The notes under the pieces: model-generated | Databases searched by the model: none | Told to the model about the DNA's origin: nothing | The model's input: the letters and a program-made list of their open reading frames with translations, nothing else | Position numbers and translations under genes: made by a program | Shown here: piece after piece, positions 21,618 to 30,414 of the stretch | Position numbering within the stretch: position 1 is the first letter of the stretch | Layout: each line of letters opens with the position of its first letter | Virus record (IMG/VR): IMGVR_UViG_3300022752_000025 | Span: 1 to 64,000 of that record | Length of the DNA: 64,000 nucleotides | Direction: 5' to 3' (one strand) | From: a virus

Positions 21618-21676
21618 AATTTTAGCCTTAATTTATTAAGTCTGCAGTGTTGTCTTTGGATCAACAAACTCAAGGA

Positions 21677-21995
21677 ACCGGCCTTTAGACCTTTATCCGT
21701 AAAGAGTTCTATTTTTATGATCCTCTAGACGAGGCTCTGTTTTTTTGGCTTAATAAAAACACATTAACGTTTATTTCTCGAAATTTATATCAAGAAACTC
21801 GGTATTACTACCAAGATCGGACTATATCTTGCTTACTAACTTTCATTAGTAAGACCGGGCGCTCGTGTCTCTGTTATTGTTACGGTAACTCAAGAGTTAG
21901 TCTCTACACCTTCATACTTCGTTTTTACCGTGAAGCAAGCTTGGCTCGGTATAATCCACTTGGGACTTCCACCGAATTCACCCAGTATGGCCAAT
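21677..21995 (-). ncRNA. Group I ribozyme (complete P3-P9 core; apparently permuted, not inside a gene)
   Basis: Minus strand: P GAATTCGGTGGAA, Q TATACCGAGCCAAG, R GTAGAGACTA (21898-21907), S AAGATATAGTCC (21819-21830). P3 ACTGGGTG/CGCCCGGT, P8 with GAAA loop, P9 with GTAA loop. Confidence 0.88.
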
Positions 21996-22028
21996 AGAAT
22001 TTTAAAGAACTATTTTAAATTACACTTT

Positions 22029-22751
22029 TTATTTCAATTCTTCAAATTTTTCAATAATATAAGCTAAGATATCATTCCTCATAATATCATCTGTTCCAAA
22101 TTTAAAAGTAACAATACCTTTATCAAAACTTTTTTTATCATCAAAAAGATTATATATTTTTTCAAATCCACTATTTTTAATATCTGATTGTCTTATATCT
22201 CCTATTAATATTAACTTACTAAATCTACCCATTCTAGTAGTAATTAATAAAAGATCATGTATACTTAAATTTTGTGCCTCATCGCAAATTATATAACTCG
22301 CATTTATGCTTAAACCTCTAAGAAATCCTACGGGTAATCCTTTAACTCTTTCTTCTTTTAATAATCTTTCTACTTGATTTTTGGGAAGCAATTCATGTAA
22401 TTTATCCATAAGAGGTTGTAAATATGGATCTAATTTGCTATGAAGATCTCCTTTAAGGAACCCAAGATTGTGAGTAGAGCTTTCAACTGGATTGCGAATA
22501 TAAAATATTTCTCCTATTTTTTTATTAGATAAAGCCTGTAATGCTCCATATACTGAAAGTAAGCTTTTTGCAGTTCCAGCTGGGCCTTTACAAAAAACTA
22601 TTTTTGTATCTTTATTTTGAATTAATTCAATGAATTTCTTTTGATTTTCTGTCCATTGTAATTCTCGAATATCCAAGCCGCCTTCAATTTTATCTCTTTG
22701 AGGAACTACTGGCGATCTATCTTCTTGTTTTTGTTTATGTTTTTTTGACAT
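22029..22751 (-). CDS. phoH: PhoH-family ATPase
   Basis: GPAGTAKS, LGFLKG, FLRGLS, DEAQN, TRMG..SK.IL.GD..QSD. Confidence 0.93.
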   Translation of the reverse strand: MSKKHKQKQEDRSPVVPQRDKIEGGLDIRELQWTENQKKFIELIQNKDTKIVFCKGPAGTAKSLLSVYGALQALSNKKIGEIFYIRNPVESSTHNLGFLKGDLHSKLDPYLQPLMDKLHELLPKNQVERLLKEERVKGLPVGFLRGLSINASYIICDEAQNLSIHDLLLITTRMGRFSKLILIGDIRQSDIKNSGFEKIYNLFDDKKSFDKGIVTFKFGTDDIMRNDILAYIIEKFEELK

Positions 22752-22767
22752 TCTACGTTACAAAAAT

Positions 22768-22784
22768 AATTACACTGTGTAATT
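22768..22784. promoter_or_regulatory. Back-to-back copies of the putative late promoter motif GTGTAAT serving divergent genes
   Basis: AATTACAC-T-GTGTAATT between the phoH start and the 22800 start. Confidence 0.6.
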
Positions 22785-22799
22785 TAAAATAGAAATATT

Positions 22800-23441
22800 A
22801 TGAGTTTTTTAAATGCAAATATACCTCCTATTGAATGTTATGTAAGAGGCAATTATTTAAGAAATCAAAAAGATTCTCATGATAAATATTTTTCATGTTT
22901 AATTTTTGGGGTATCAAGTATTCCTGGTCAAGTTCCGCTTTTTAATTTTTTAATGGAAGATGGAGGAATCTGGTGGCATGCTCCAATTAGCGCATTTACT
23001 TCTAAAGAAGGAGCACCAGAACAAGATCTTCATGAATTAGAACTTTGGGATAGTTTTAGTTATCATATTGCTATAACTAAATTTTCTTTATTTGAAAATA
23101 AAAAAATGAAATTTCTTTCTAGGAATGGTGAAGAATATTTAGGTACATATTTATTTACTTTAGATTGGGCGCATAGTGATCATAATGAAATAAATTTTGG
23201 TTTTAGTGAGCATCCAGATCAACATAAATGTGGGCATGTGCTTAAATTGGATAATGGTAATTTTGCAATACAGCCTAATAATCGTATAAGAGTTTATGAT
23301 CCTAATTTTGTGACAAAACAAGGGCAAACTCTTATAGAAAGAAAAGTAAATACTCAGATTTATACAGTAGAAAATTGCCCAAAATGGGTAACTGAGGATT
23401 CTGATAATTATGAATATAGTGTAAATAAGACAAATGGCTAA
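22800..23441 (+). CDS. Conserved phage hypothetical protein
   Basis: LNANIPP...LWDSFSY...YLFTLDW...HKCGH...GNFAIQPNNR, a recalled aquatic-phage family. Confidence 0.75.
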   Translation: MSFLNANIPPIECYVRGNYLRNQKDSHDKYFSCLIFGVSSIPGQVPLFNFLMEDGGIWWHAPISAFTSKEGAPEQDLHELELWDSFSYHIAITKFSLFENKKMKFLSRNGEEYLGTYLFTLDWAHSDHNEINFGFSEHPDQHKCGHVLKLDNGNFAIQPNNRIRVYDPNFVTKQGQTLIERKVNTQIYTVENCPKWVTEDSDNYEYSVNKTNG

Positions 23442-23838
23442 CGAAGGACTCATTTTCCCTAAATTAACAGAAAGACAAAAAGATCTTTATCTTAAAGTCA
23501 TAACAAATCTTCAAACATACGGATATTTTGATCGTGGCAATGGGTCAAATGGAATACAATATTTAAGCGCTGAACAAAATCCATTTAAAGAACAAGGCCT
23601 TGAATGTGAATATTGTGTTTTTTATTATTTAGAAGGAAATAACCCTAGGTGCGAATTAATTCAAGGCGATATTGATAATGAGGGATGGTGCAAATTTTGG
23701 ATTATAAGCGAACAAGACATAAGAGAAGAATCTAGAGCAGCTTTTAGATTACTTAATAAAAAAAATAAAACTTATGAAATAACTTATGATCTAAAAAGAG
23801 GTAAAGATGAAACAACAAACATTCAAAATAACAAATAA
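23434..23838 (+). CDS. HiPIP-like (4Fe-4S) domain protein
   Basis: CEYCVFY...CELIQGDIDNEGWCKFW. Confidence 0.6.
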   Translation: MANEGLIFPKLTERQKDLYLKVITNLQTYGYFDRGNGSNGIQYLSAEQNPFKEQGLECEYCVFYYLEGNNPRCELIQGDIDNEGWCKFWIISEQDIREESRAAFRLLNKKNKTYEITYDLKRGKDETTNIQNNK

Positions 23839-24091
23839 AAATATTCTTGAGGGAGAAAAAGCAAATCCTCAAAATTGCGCTATAGCTAGAGCTATTAAAA
23901 GTAAAATGAATAAAAAAATTAAAAATTTATCTGTACTACCAACTCAAGTAGTAGTTGAGATTGATAAAAATATTTTTGTTGCTGAAATGCCAAAAGATGG
24001 TACAAATTTTATCAAAAGATTTGATCGTGGTCTTGCTGTAAATGCTTTTAAATTAAATTTAAAATTTAAAAAAGGTTACGCTTTAGTTTAA
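23807..24091 (+). CDS. Hypothetical protein
   Basis: ORF track; CAIARA motif; SD GAGG. Confidence 0.7.
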   Translation: MKQQTFKITNKNILEGEKANPQNCAIARAIKSKMNKKIKNLSVLPTQVVVEIDKNIFVAEMPKDGTNFIKRFDRGLAVNAFKLNLKFKKGYALV

Positions 24092-25083
24092 ATCTTAATA
24101 TTTGGGTCTGCTAGTTCTGGATTGTGAGGCCTTTTCGTGCCTCTTTTATAATCTTTATATATATGTTTTATAATTTCAACAGGTTTTTCTATAACTTTTT
24201 CTACTATTTTCTCTATTACTTTCTCATTAGAGGAATTTAGATTATTGGCGTTTCCTTCTTTTAATAAAGAATTATAAGCTATAACTAAACAAACAGCTAA
24301 TGGATCAAAGACTATAACAATTAAAATAATAAAAATTCTTACGGCGGTTTCTATTTTTAAATTAAAAGCTTCGGCAACAAATTTAAAAGTTCCAATTTCT
24401 CCTTTTGTATTGTCTGCTTCTAAAGTCATAATTTCTTGCGCATTTTTAGAAGCTTTCTCTTCTAAGTTTTGAAGATCTAAAGTTACAGTTTGTATTTGAG
24501 TAAAAAGTGTGTTTATATTTTGTTGTGAATTTTCTACTATTTTATTGCGGCTTTCTAATAATTTATTATCTGTAACTTTTTCGGTTTTACCAGAACTAAA
24601 TAATCCGCCGCTAGTAGTTTTAGTTGTAGTAACATCTTGTTTTACTGCTGAATCTAAAGAGTTTTGGTATGTTTTTTGAAGTTCAATTAAATCTCTTAAT
24701 TTATTTTTATTAAAATCTACTTGGGATGTCAAAAAGGTTTGTTGAGATTTTAAGGCTTGGATCTTAGAAATATTTAAACTATATTGAGAAAAATTTCTTT
24801 GAAATGCATCTGAAAGAAAACCAAATATACCTAAACTCGTTATACTCATTAATAATAAAACCGCTATTAACATATATCTTTTAAGCACTTTATTTGCCTG
24901 TTTCCAATATCTATATAAATAGCTTGCTGATATTAATTTGGCAAATTCAAGGCTTCCTGCCATTAATGCAACACTCCAAAAACTTGCTGCAAATAATAGA
25001 GCTATTCCTTTTACTGAAAAAAACGCTGCACAAGACGCTAATATAAATGCTGATGATCCTAATAATATATTAAATAACTTCAC
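24088..25083 (-). CDS. Membrane protein with coiled coil
   Basis: 3 N-terminal TMs, coiled coil, IVIVFDPLAV TM. Confidence 0.75.
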   Translation of the reverse strand: MKLFNILLGSSAFILASCAAFFSVKGIALLFAASFWSVALMAGSLEFAKLISASYLYRYWKQANKVLKRYMLIAVLLLMSITSLGIFGFLSDAFQRNFSQYSLNISKIQALKSQQTFLTSQVDFNKNKLRDLIELQKTYQNSLDSAVKQDVTTTKTTSGGLFSSGKTEKVTDNKLLESRNKIVENSQQNINTLFTQIQTVTLDLQNLEEKASKNAQEIMTLEADNTKGEIGTFKFVAEAFNLKIETAVRIFIILIVIVFDPLAVCLVIAYNSLLKEGNANNLNSSNEKVIEKIVEKVIEKPVEIIKHIYKDYKRGTKRPHNPELADPNIKI

Positions 25084-25086
25084 ATA

Positions 25087-25347
25087 TTATTTACACTTCT
25101 TTGACTTTATATTTTTCTTTAATATTTCTTTTAAATCTAATAGTTTTATATCTTTCTTTGGGTTTTTATATTTTGCTTCTAATATTGATTGTTTTATAAT
25201 TATCTCTTGCTTATAAGGCGTTATATCTTCTGCTCCGACCAAAATTAAAGGCTTACTATCTGAATTAAATTTAAATAAAAATAATAAAAATTTAAAAGAA
25301 ATAAAAAGTAAAAATAAATATATTATACTACTAATTAACCCAGACAT
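25087..25347 (-). CDS. Small membrane protein (start re-assigned to MSGLISS)
   Basis: The longer ORF-track version overlaps the + strand gene at 25416. Confidence 0.5.
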   Translation of the reverse strand: MSGLISSIIYLFLLFISFKFLLFLFKFNSDSKPLILVGAEDITPYKQEIIIKQSILEAKYKNPKKDIKLLDLKEILKKNIKSKKCK

Positions 25348-25415
25348 ATTAATATTATAATATAAACACAAAAGTAAGTAAAGTAAAAAAAAATAATATA
25401 GTGTAATATAAACGT

Positions 25416-25907
25416 ATGGCCTGCGAGTATATACATATTGATGATTGCATGATGACTCCTGTTGGTCAACCGGATTGTCCAGGCTGTGAGGGATCTTGTC
25501 CTGATTTTGAGCCATATGGATTTGGTTGTGATGTACCAAAGTATTGTGAAGCATGCGAAGAAGATGGATGCTCTGAATGCAAACTTGTTCAAGAAGGTCC
25601 AGAGAAAAGAATAGTTGGTCCATATTGGTGTGGTCCAACTTTTAATATTAACCCAAATCCACCACCAGAAAGACTTTTTTGTAAAGGGTTGGGGATAGGA
25701 GCAACTAATACTCTAGATAGATTGTATGGATATAAATGGGTATATGATTGCTTTTGGAAAAATCCTCTTCCGCCCCACTGTTCACCTCCACCACCCCCAC
25801 CACCATCTCCACCATCTCCACCAAATCCTAATCCTCCAACAAATTGCGTTGGAGGAGGAAAAGGTGATAACGGCGGACAACCTCAACCTCAGCCTCCACC
25901 AGAATAA
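25416..25907 (+). CDS. Cys-rich/polyproline protein, paralog 1
   Basis: CEACEEDGCSECK; C-terminus PLPPHCSP(n)PPTNCVGGG...PPE; GTGTAAT upstream. Confidence 0.8.
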   Translation: MACEYIHIDDCMMTPVGQPDCPGCEGSCPDFEPYGFGCDVPKYCEACEEDGCSECKLVQEGPEKRIVGPYWCGPTFNINPNPPPERLFCKGLGIGATNTLDRLYGYKWVYDCFWKNPLPPHCSPPPPPPPSPPSPPNPNPPTNCVGGGKGDNGGQPQPQPPPE

Positions 25908-25933
25908 ATTAAACTTTTAATGTAATACTTTAC

Positions 25934-26617
25934 ATGAAAATCAGAAAATGCAAACAACATACGCACAAATGTAAATATGCAGAAATGGGAAATAGTAGAA
26001 GGCGTGGATATAGATTAAAAAAATGTTGCAGAGCAGGCTTAATGGCTATTTTAGAAAAAATTCCTTATATTTTTGAAGGATTAGATTGGTGGCTAGAATT
26101 CGGCACATTGTTAGGTCTTGTAAGAGAAGGAAAAATTATAGATTGGGATAATGATTTAGATATAGGAGTTATGGAAGAAACTATGACTCAAGAAAATATA
26201 GAAAAAATAAAAAAAAGATGTGAAGAATTTGGTTTTTACTTTTTTTCAAAAGATTATAATGGATTTAGAAGAATTTATTATAGCAAAACAAATGGTTTAT
26301 ACTGTGATATATGGACTTTTAAAAAAGACGAAAATAATATGATTGATGCAATCAGCAATTGGACTCCAGCTATGCATGATGAAAAATTTACTAAAAATAA
26401 AGATATCTTAATTAGAAATAATATTTCTTATAATATACCATCAAATGTTAATGAATTTTTACGAATAAGATATGGAAATTGGCAACACCCACGAGAATGC
26501 AGAAGATCTTATAAAGATGGCAGACTTTTGTACAAAGAAAACTATGAGGTTAAACTAAATGATAAAAAACAACCTCTTCCATCAATCGTAGAAGATCATA
26601 AAAAAAATAAATATTAA
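25934..26617 (+). CDS. licD: LicD-family phosphotransferase
   Basis: WWLEFGTLLGLVREG.IIDWDNDLDIG...L..RYGNW..P. Confidence 0.88.
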   Translation: MKIRKCKQHTHKCKYAEMGNSRRRGYRLKKCCRAGLMAILEKIPYIFEGLDWWLEFGTLLGLVREGKIIDWDNDLDIGVMEETMTQENIEKIKKRCEEFGFYFFSKDYNGFRRIYYSKTNGLYCDIWTFKKDENNMIDAISNWTPAMHDEKFTKNKDILIRNNISYNIPSNVNEFLRIRYGNWQHPRECRRSYKDGRLLYKENYEVKLNDKKQPLPSIVEDHKKNKY

Positions 26618-26619
26618 AA

Positions 26620-26994
26620 ATGAATGTTATAACATATGGGACTTTTGATACGTTTCATTATGGACATTTAGAATTACTTGCAAGATGTAAAGATTATGGA
26701 GATAAATTAATAGTAGGCTTATCAACTGATGAATTTAATTTAACTAAAGGTAAAAAAAGTATATATAATTATAATAAAAGAAAAGAATGGTTAAGTTCTA
26801 TTAAATATATTGATCTGATCATTCCAGAAACTTGTTGGGAACAAAAAGAAAAAGATATAGATAAATATAAAATAGATTATTTTATAATAGGAAATGATTG
26901 GGCGGGTAAATTTGATAATTTAAAATGTAAAGTAGTATATTTACCTAGAACAGATAATATTTCTTCTACAAAAATAAAAAAAATTATTATTTAA
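26620..26994 (+). CDS. tagD: Glycerol-3-phosphate cytidylyltransferase (TagD-like)
   Basis: YGTFDTFHYGH, LSTDEFN, W EQK, G.DW.GKFD, RT..ISST. Confidence 0.88.
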   Translation: MNVITYGTFDTFHYGHLELLARCKDYGDKLIVGLSTDEFNLTKGKKSIYNYNKRKEWLSSIKYIDLIIPETCWEQKEKDIDKYKIDYFIIGNDWAGKFDNLKCKVVYLPRTDNISSTKIKKIII

Positions 26995-26999
26995 ATTAG

Positions 27000-27782
27000 T
27001 TATTCTGGAGGTGGGCCGCCGCCTGTACCAGGACTTTCGCTACTTCCTCCACCAACGCAATTTGTTGGAGGTGGAGGTGGAGGTGGAGGTGGAGGTGGAG
27101 GTGGAGGAGGTGGTGGAGGAGGAGGTGAACATGGAGGGCTAGGGGCTATCCATTCTGGGTCTTTTACTCTTTTAAAATCTGTTTTAGGTAAAGTTTGCTT
27201 ATATTGACAACTAAGACATTTCAAGCTTGAATCTGATGGAAATGTTTTCGATCCTGGCGTTTCTTCGATAATCCATGGCGGACAGCATCCTTTTACAATA
27301 CAAGGTGTTGTAGTATTTAATAAAACACATTCTGCTTCTAAAGCTACAAGACATAAATCTGGAACATATTTATTTTCTAAAGGTTGAATATCTGAGGTAT
27401 ATGTGCTGTATGCTTTTTGTTCAATTTGATCTGATAATTGATCTCTATCATTACTAAAATTACCTACGCCTATGCTATGTGGTCCAGCGTAAGGAGAACA
27501 TGGATTAGGAAATTGAAGGCTACATAAACTACTGCATTCTGATGTATAATTAAAACTTGAACCATTTTCATAAGCAGGACAAACATCGGTTATATTATAA
27601 TCATAATAAAGATAACATCCTCCATTCCAATTTGCTTGAGGAGTACCTGGATATCCTAAAGTTGATTGGATTTGATCTTCTAGACATGCACATTCGGGAC
27701 CTGGATCTAAACCTTGATGACATTTATTATAAGCATCCTGATAAGGTGGTGGCCCAACTTCTGAATATAGTGTACATCCCAT
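27000..27782 (-). CDS. Cys-rich/polyproline protein, paralog 2
   Basis: Run of about 20 Pro encoded by (CCACCT)n, then TNCVGGG...PPPE. Confidence 0.8.
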   Translation of the reverse strand: MGCTLYSEVGPPPYQDAYNKCHQGLDPGPECACLEDQIQSTLGYPGTPQANWNGGCYLYYDYNITDVCPAYENGSSFNYTSECSSLCSLQFPNPCSPYAGPHSIGVGNFSNDRDQLSDQIEQKAYSTYTSDIQPLENKYVPDLCLVALEAECVLLNTTTPCIVKGCCPPWIIEETPGSKTFPSDSSLKCLSCQYKQTLPKTDFKRVKDPEWIAPSPPCSPPPPPPPPPPPPPPPPPPPPTNCVGGGSSESPGTGGGPPPE

Positions 27783-27787
27783 AATTT

Positions 27788-28237
27788 TTATTCTGGAGGT
27801 GGACCCCCTCCGCCGTTGTCATTACTTCCTCCTCCAACGCAATTTGTTGGAGGATCTCCTGGTGGTGAAGGATTTGGTGGAGATGGCGGAGAGGGTGGTG
27901 AGGGTGGTGAAGGTGGAGGAGGAGATGCACAACCAGGAGGAAGAGGATTTTTAAAAAAACAGCCTACATCTTGTTCAGTTCTAGTTCTTGTGCATATCAT
28001 TTCTACAAGATCATTTACGCTACATGTTCCGTTTGGCCCAGGCTTTTTGCAACCTAAAGCGAGATATTCTTGATTTATCCACCTTGTGTCACCTTCTTCT
28101 TTACATTCTGAACATCCATCCGCTGCACAAGCTTCACAAAATTCTCCACAATCGTTGCTTGTTGGAGATGGTGGCGTAAATGGAGCCATTGCTTGATATG
28201 GACAACTCCAATCTGATTCAGTATATATTGTGCACAT
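27788..28237 (-). CDS. Cys-rich/polyproline protein, paralog 3
   Basis: CEACAADGCSECK; CFFKNPLPP...PPTNCVGGG...PPPE. Confidence 0.8.
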   Translation of the reverse strand: MCTIYTESDWSCPYQAMAPFTPPSPTSNDCGEFCEACAADGCSECKEEGDTRWINQEYLALGCKKPGPNGTCSVNDLVEMICTRTRTEQDVGCFFKNPLPPGCASPPPPSPPSPPSPPSPPNPSPPGDPPTNCVGGGSNDNGGGGPPPE

Positions 28238-28273
28238 ATAAATCTTTACACTTAAAATGTAATGTTAAAAAAA

Positions 28274-28774
28274 TTATTCTGTAGGAGGTCCTTCAATTCC
28301 TCCGTCAGTATTCCCTCCGTCAGTACTTCCTCCTCCAACGCAATTTGTTGGAGGCTCAGGATTTGGTGGAGATGGTGGAGATGGTGGAGAAGGTGGAGAT
28401 GGTGGTGGTGGCGGCGAACAGTGGGGAGGAAGTGGATCAGATCTTCTACATTCATAACATTGATAAGTTGTCTTATGCTCATCTGTTCCCGGTTCTATTA
28501 TAGGATCTGGATCCGGTAATGGACCTCCGTTTTGCCAATCTCTATATTGTTGTAAATCTTCTGGATCCCAACAGCCTATCTGATAAGTATATTCTTCTAT
28601 TATTTTCCCTGCATCATAACAAGTTTTGCATCCTTTAGATTGCTCGGCACAAGCTAAACATGCTTTTAAATTTGGACCGCCGTCATCAAGTGGCCCTGTA
28701 TAACAACTACTGGCTGGCACCAAATTAGGTGGACATTTACAATTGGATTCAGCATAAACTTGATCACATCCCAT
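28274..28774 (-). CDS. Cys-rich/polyproline protein, paralog 4
   Basis: PLPPHCSPPPP...PPTNCVGGG...PPTE. Confidence 0.8.
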   Translation of the reverse strand: MGCDQVYAESNCKCPPNLVPASSCYTGPLDDGGPNLKACLACAEQSKGCKTCYDAGKIIEEYTYQIGCWDPEDLQQYRDWQNGGPLPDPDPIIEPGTDEHKTTYQCYECRRSDPLPPHCSPPPPPSPPSPPSPPSPPNPEPPTNCVGGGSTDGGNTDGGIEGPPTE

Positions 28775-28944
28775 ATTCTGGCGAGTTCATTTCTATATTA
28801 AACATATATAAATCTTTACACTTATAATCATATTAATAAGAAATATATTAAAAATACTTTTATACAAAAATAGCTCCGCGGATTTTTTTACTTTCACTTA
28901 TATAGATTTGTATTGAATTTTAATAGATTTTAAAAAAGGGTACC

Positions 28945-29157
28945 CTATATTTTAGGATCAATTATATCATCAATTCCATCTTTATCTTTGTCTTTGAATG
29001 TTTCTGGATCTCTGGTAAAGATCTCTTTTGCAAATAGATACTCACTCTCAGGTGTGTTTTCTATTGAATTTTCTGTTTTTTTATGTTTTATTAATATAGA
29101 TATAGATCCAATTAATAATATTAATGCTGATATAGTAAAGAATAAATAAAATAGCAT
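28945..29157 (-). CDS. Small membrane protein with DxDxDG Ca-binding-like motif
   Basis: TM plus DKDKDGIDDIID. Confidence 0.6.
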   Translation of the reverse strand: MLFYLFFTISALILLIGSISILIKHKKTENSIENTPESEYLFAKEIFTRDPETFKDKDKDGIDDIIDPKI

Positions 29158-29379
29158 ATAGATTTATGTATATTGATATAATATATTACACATATATTAA
29201 TAATAGTTTTATTATTTTGGGGAGAATGATATTAGTACCCCCACGGTCATATTGTGTTTTTGGAGTAGCCATTTTTTTCAAAAATAGGGGGGTATCTTTT
29301 TGCTTAAATTATCATAAGTTATTGATAATCAATGAAATTTAAATGTTGCATTTATTCTATTCTGTGATAGATTAAGAGC

Positions 29380-29541
29380 ATGAAGAAGAAATTAAGCAGA
29401 TACGAACAACTGATAGCTAACCTCGACAAAGCGGCCCAAGACCTCAAGGACGCTTCGGCTCACGCCGTAGCAACCCTTGAAGCTCACGCTAATAAGATCG
29501 AAGAAATTAACCAAAAGTATTCTACCAGCGAAACAAAATAA
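29380..29541 (+). CDS. Small early protein (53 aa, leaderless)
   Basis: Manual translation MKKKLSRYEQLIANLDKAAQ...; TTGCAT and TGaTAGATT promoter ending 6 nt upstream. Confidence 0.7.
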   Translation: MKKKLSRYEQLIANLDKAAQDLKDASAHAVATLEAHANKIEEINQKYSTSETK

Positions 29542-29580
29542 CCATTGACGAAACATAAATCAGAAAGCATAATAAGCACT

Positions 29581-30000
29581 ATGAAAAACCAAATCACAAT
29601 CACAACTCAAACCTTCGGCAACACCAACGCTTTCCTCTTGGAAGGCGATAAGAAGCAGATCGAAAACTTCCACAACGCTATGTATAACTACTCAGCGACT
29701 AATGGCGAGTTGCATGATATGGGTAACGGCAAAGCGTTCTACTTCTACGCTCAACCCGAAGCCGTGCTAGAAGCGATGACCAAAGTGGCTCTCTATGCCC
29801 TATGCAATAAGATCAAAGCTAAAGGCATGAAGGGTGGATTGCTCGCTCTTGCAAAGCAGAAAGCACAGATCAAGTTCGATGCAATTAAAGAAGGTCGCTT
29901 CCTTCGCACCGCTGAATCTAGTGATACCTATAACCTTGGCACTATCACCGCAGAGCGTCCTAGTGACTACTGCGGAGCGATCAGCAACGGGAGAGACTAA
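29581..30000 (+). CDS. Unknown early protein, family A copy 1
   Basis: FHNAMYNYSATNGEL...GKAFYFYA; start set by promoter TTGACG-17-CATAAT-7-ATG. Confidence 0.75.
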   Translation: MKNQITITTQTFGNTNAFLLEGDKKQIENFHNAMYNYSATNGELHDMGNGKAFYFYAQPEAVLEAMTKVALYALCNKIKAKGMKGGLLALAKQKAQIKFDAIKEGRFLRTAESSDTYNLGTITAERPSDYCGAISNGRD

Positions 30001-30377
30001 TGACCGCTGAGATACTTGTTATAGCTTTAACGCTACTTGGTGAAGCAAGGGGCGAAGGCTTTGAAGGAATGGCTGGTGTTGCGTCTGTTATTCAGACACG
30101 AGCCATCGAGCGTAAGCAAACGCCTACGCAGGTCTGCCTTGCACCAAAGCAGTTCAGCTTCTGGAATGGTGGAGTAAGTGAAGCTAAGAAGCAGGAGCTT
30201 CTAAAGAATCCTCAAGCACACAACGCCATTCGTCTTGCTAAACTTGTAGCAGAGAAACGAATGCCTGATGTTGTAAATGGTGCTAACCATTACCACACCT
30301 TGCAGGTATCCCCTAAATGGTCGAAGGGTGAGAAGCCAATCGCATTAATACAGAACCATAAGTTCTACCGATTGTAG
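30000..30377 (+). CDS. SleB-like cell wall hydrolase (Hydrolase_2)
   Basis: EARGEG, QFSFWN, GANHYH, HKFY. Confidence 0.85.
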   Translation: MTAEILVIALTLLGEARGEGFEGMAGVASVIQTRAIERKQTPTQVCLAPKQFSFWNGGVSEAKKQELLKNPQAHNAIRLAKLVAEKRMPDVVNGANHYHTLQVSPKWSKGEKPIALIQNHKFYRL

Positions 30378-30414
30378 GACTTGACAACCACGAAAGACAT
30401 GATAATATAAAACT

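Noticed and set aside
21618-22028. Conventional group I intron splitting phoH, the tail gene or a tRNA
   Set aside because: phoH is complete with its own stop, an in-frame stop precedes the tail gene ATG, no tRNA halves flank the core, and there is no upstream P1
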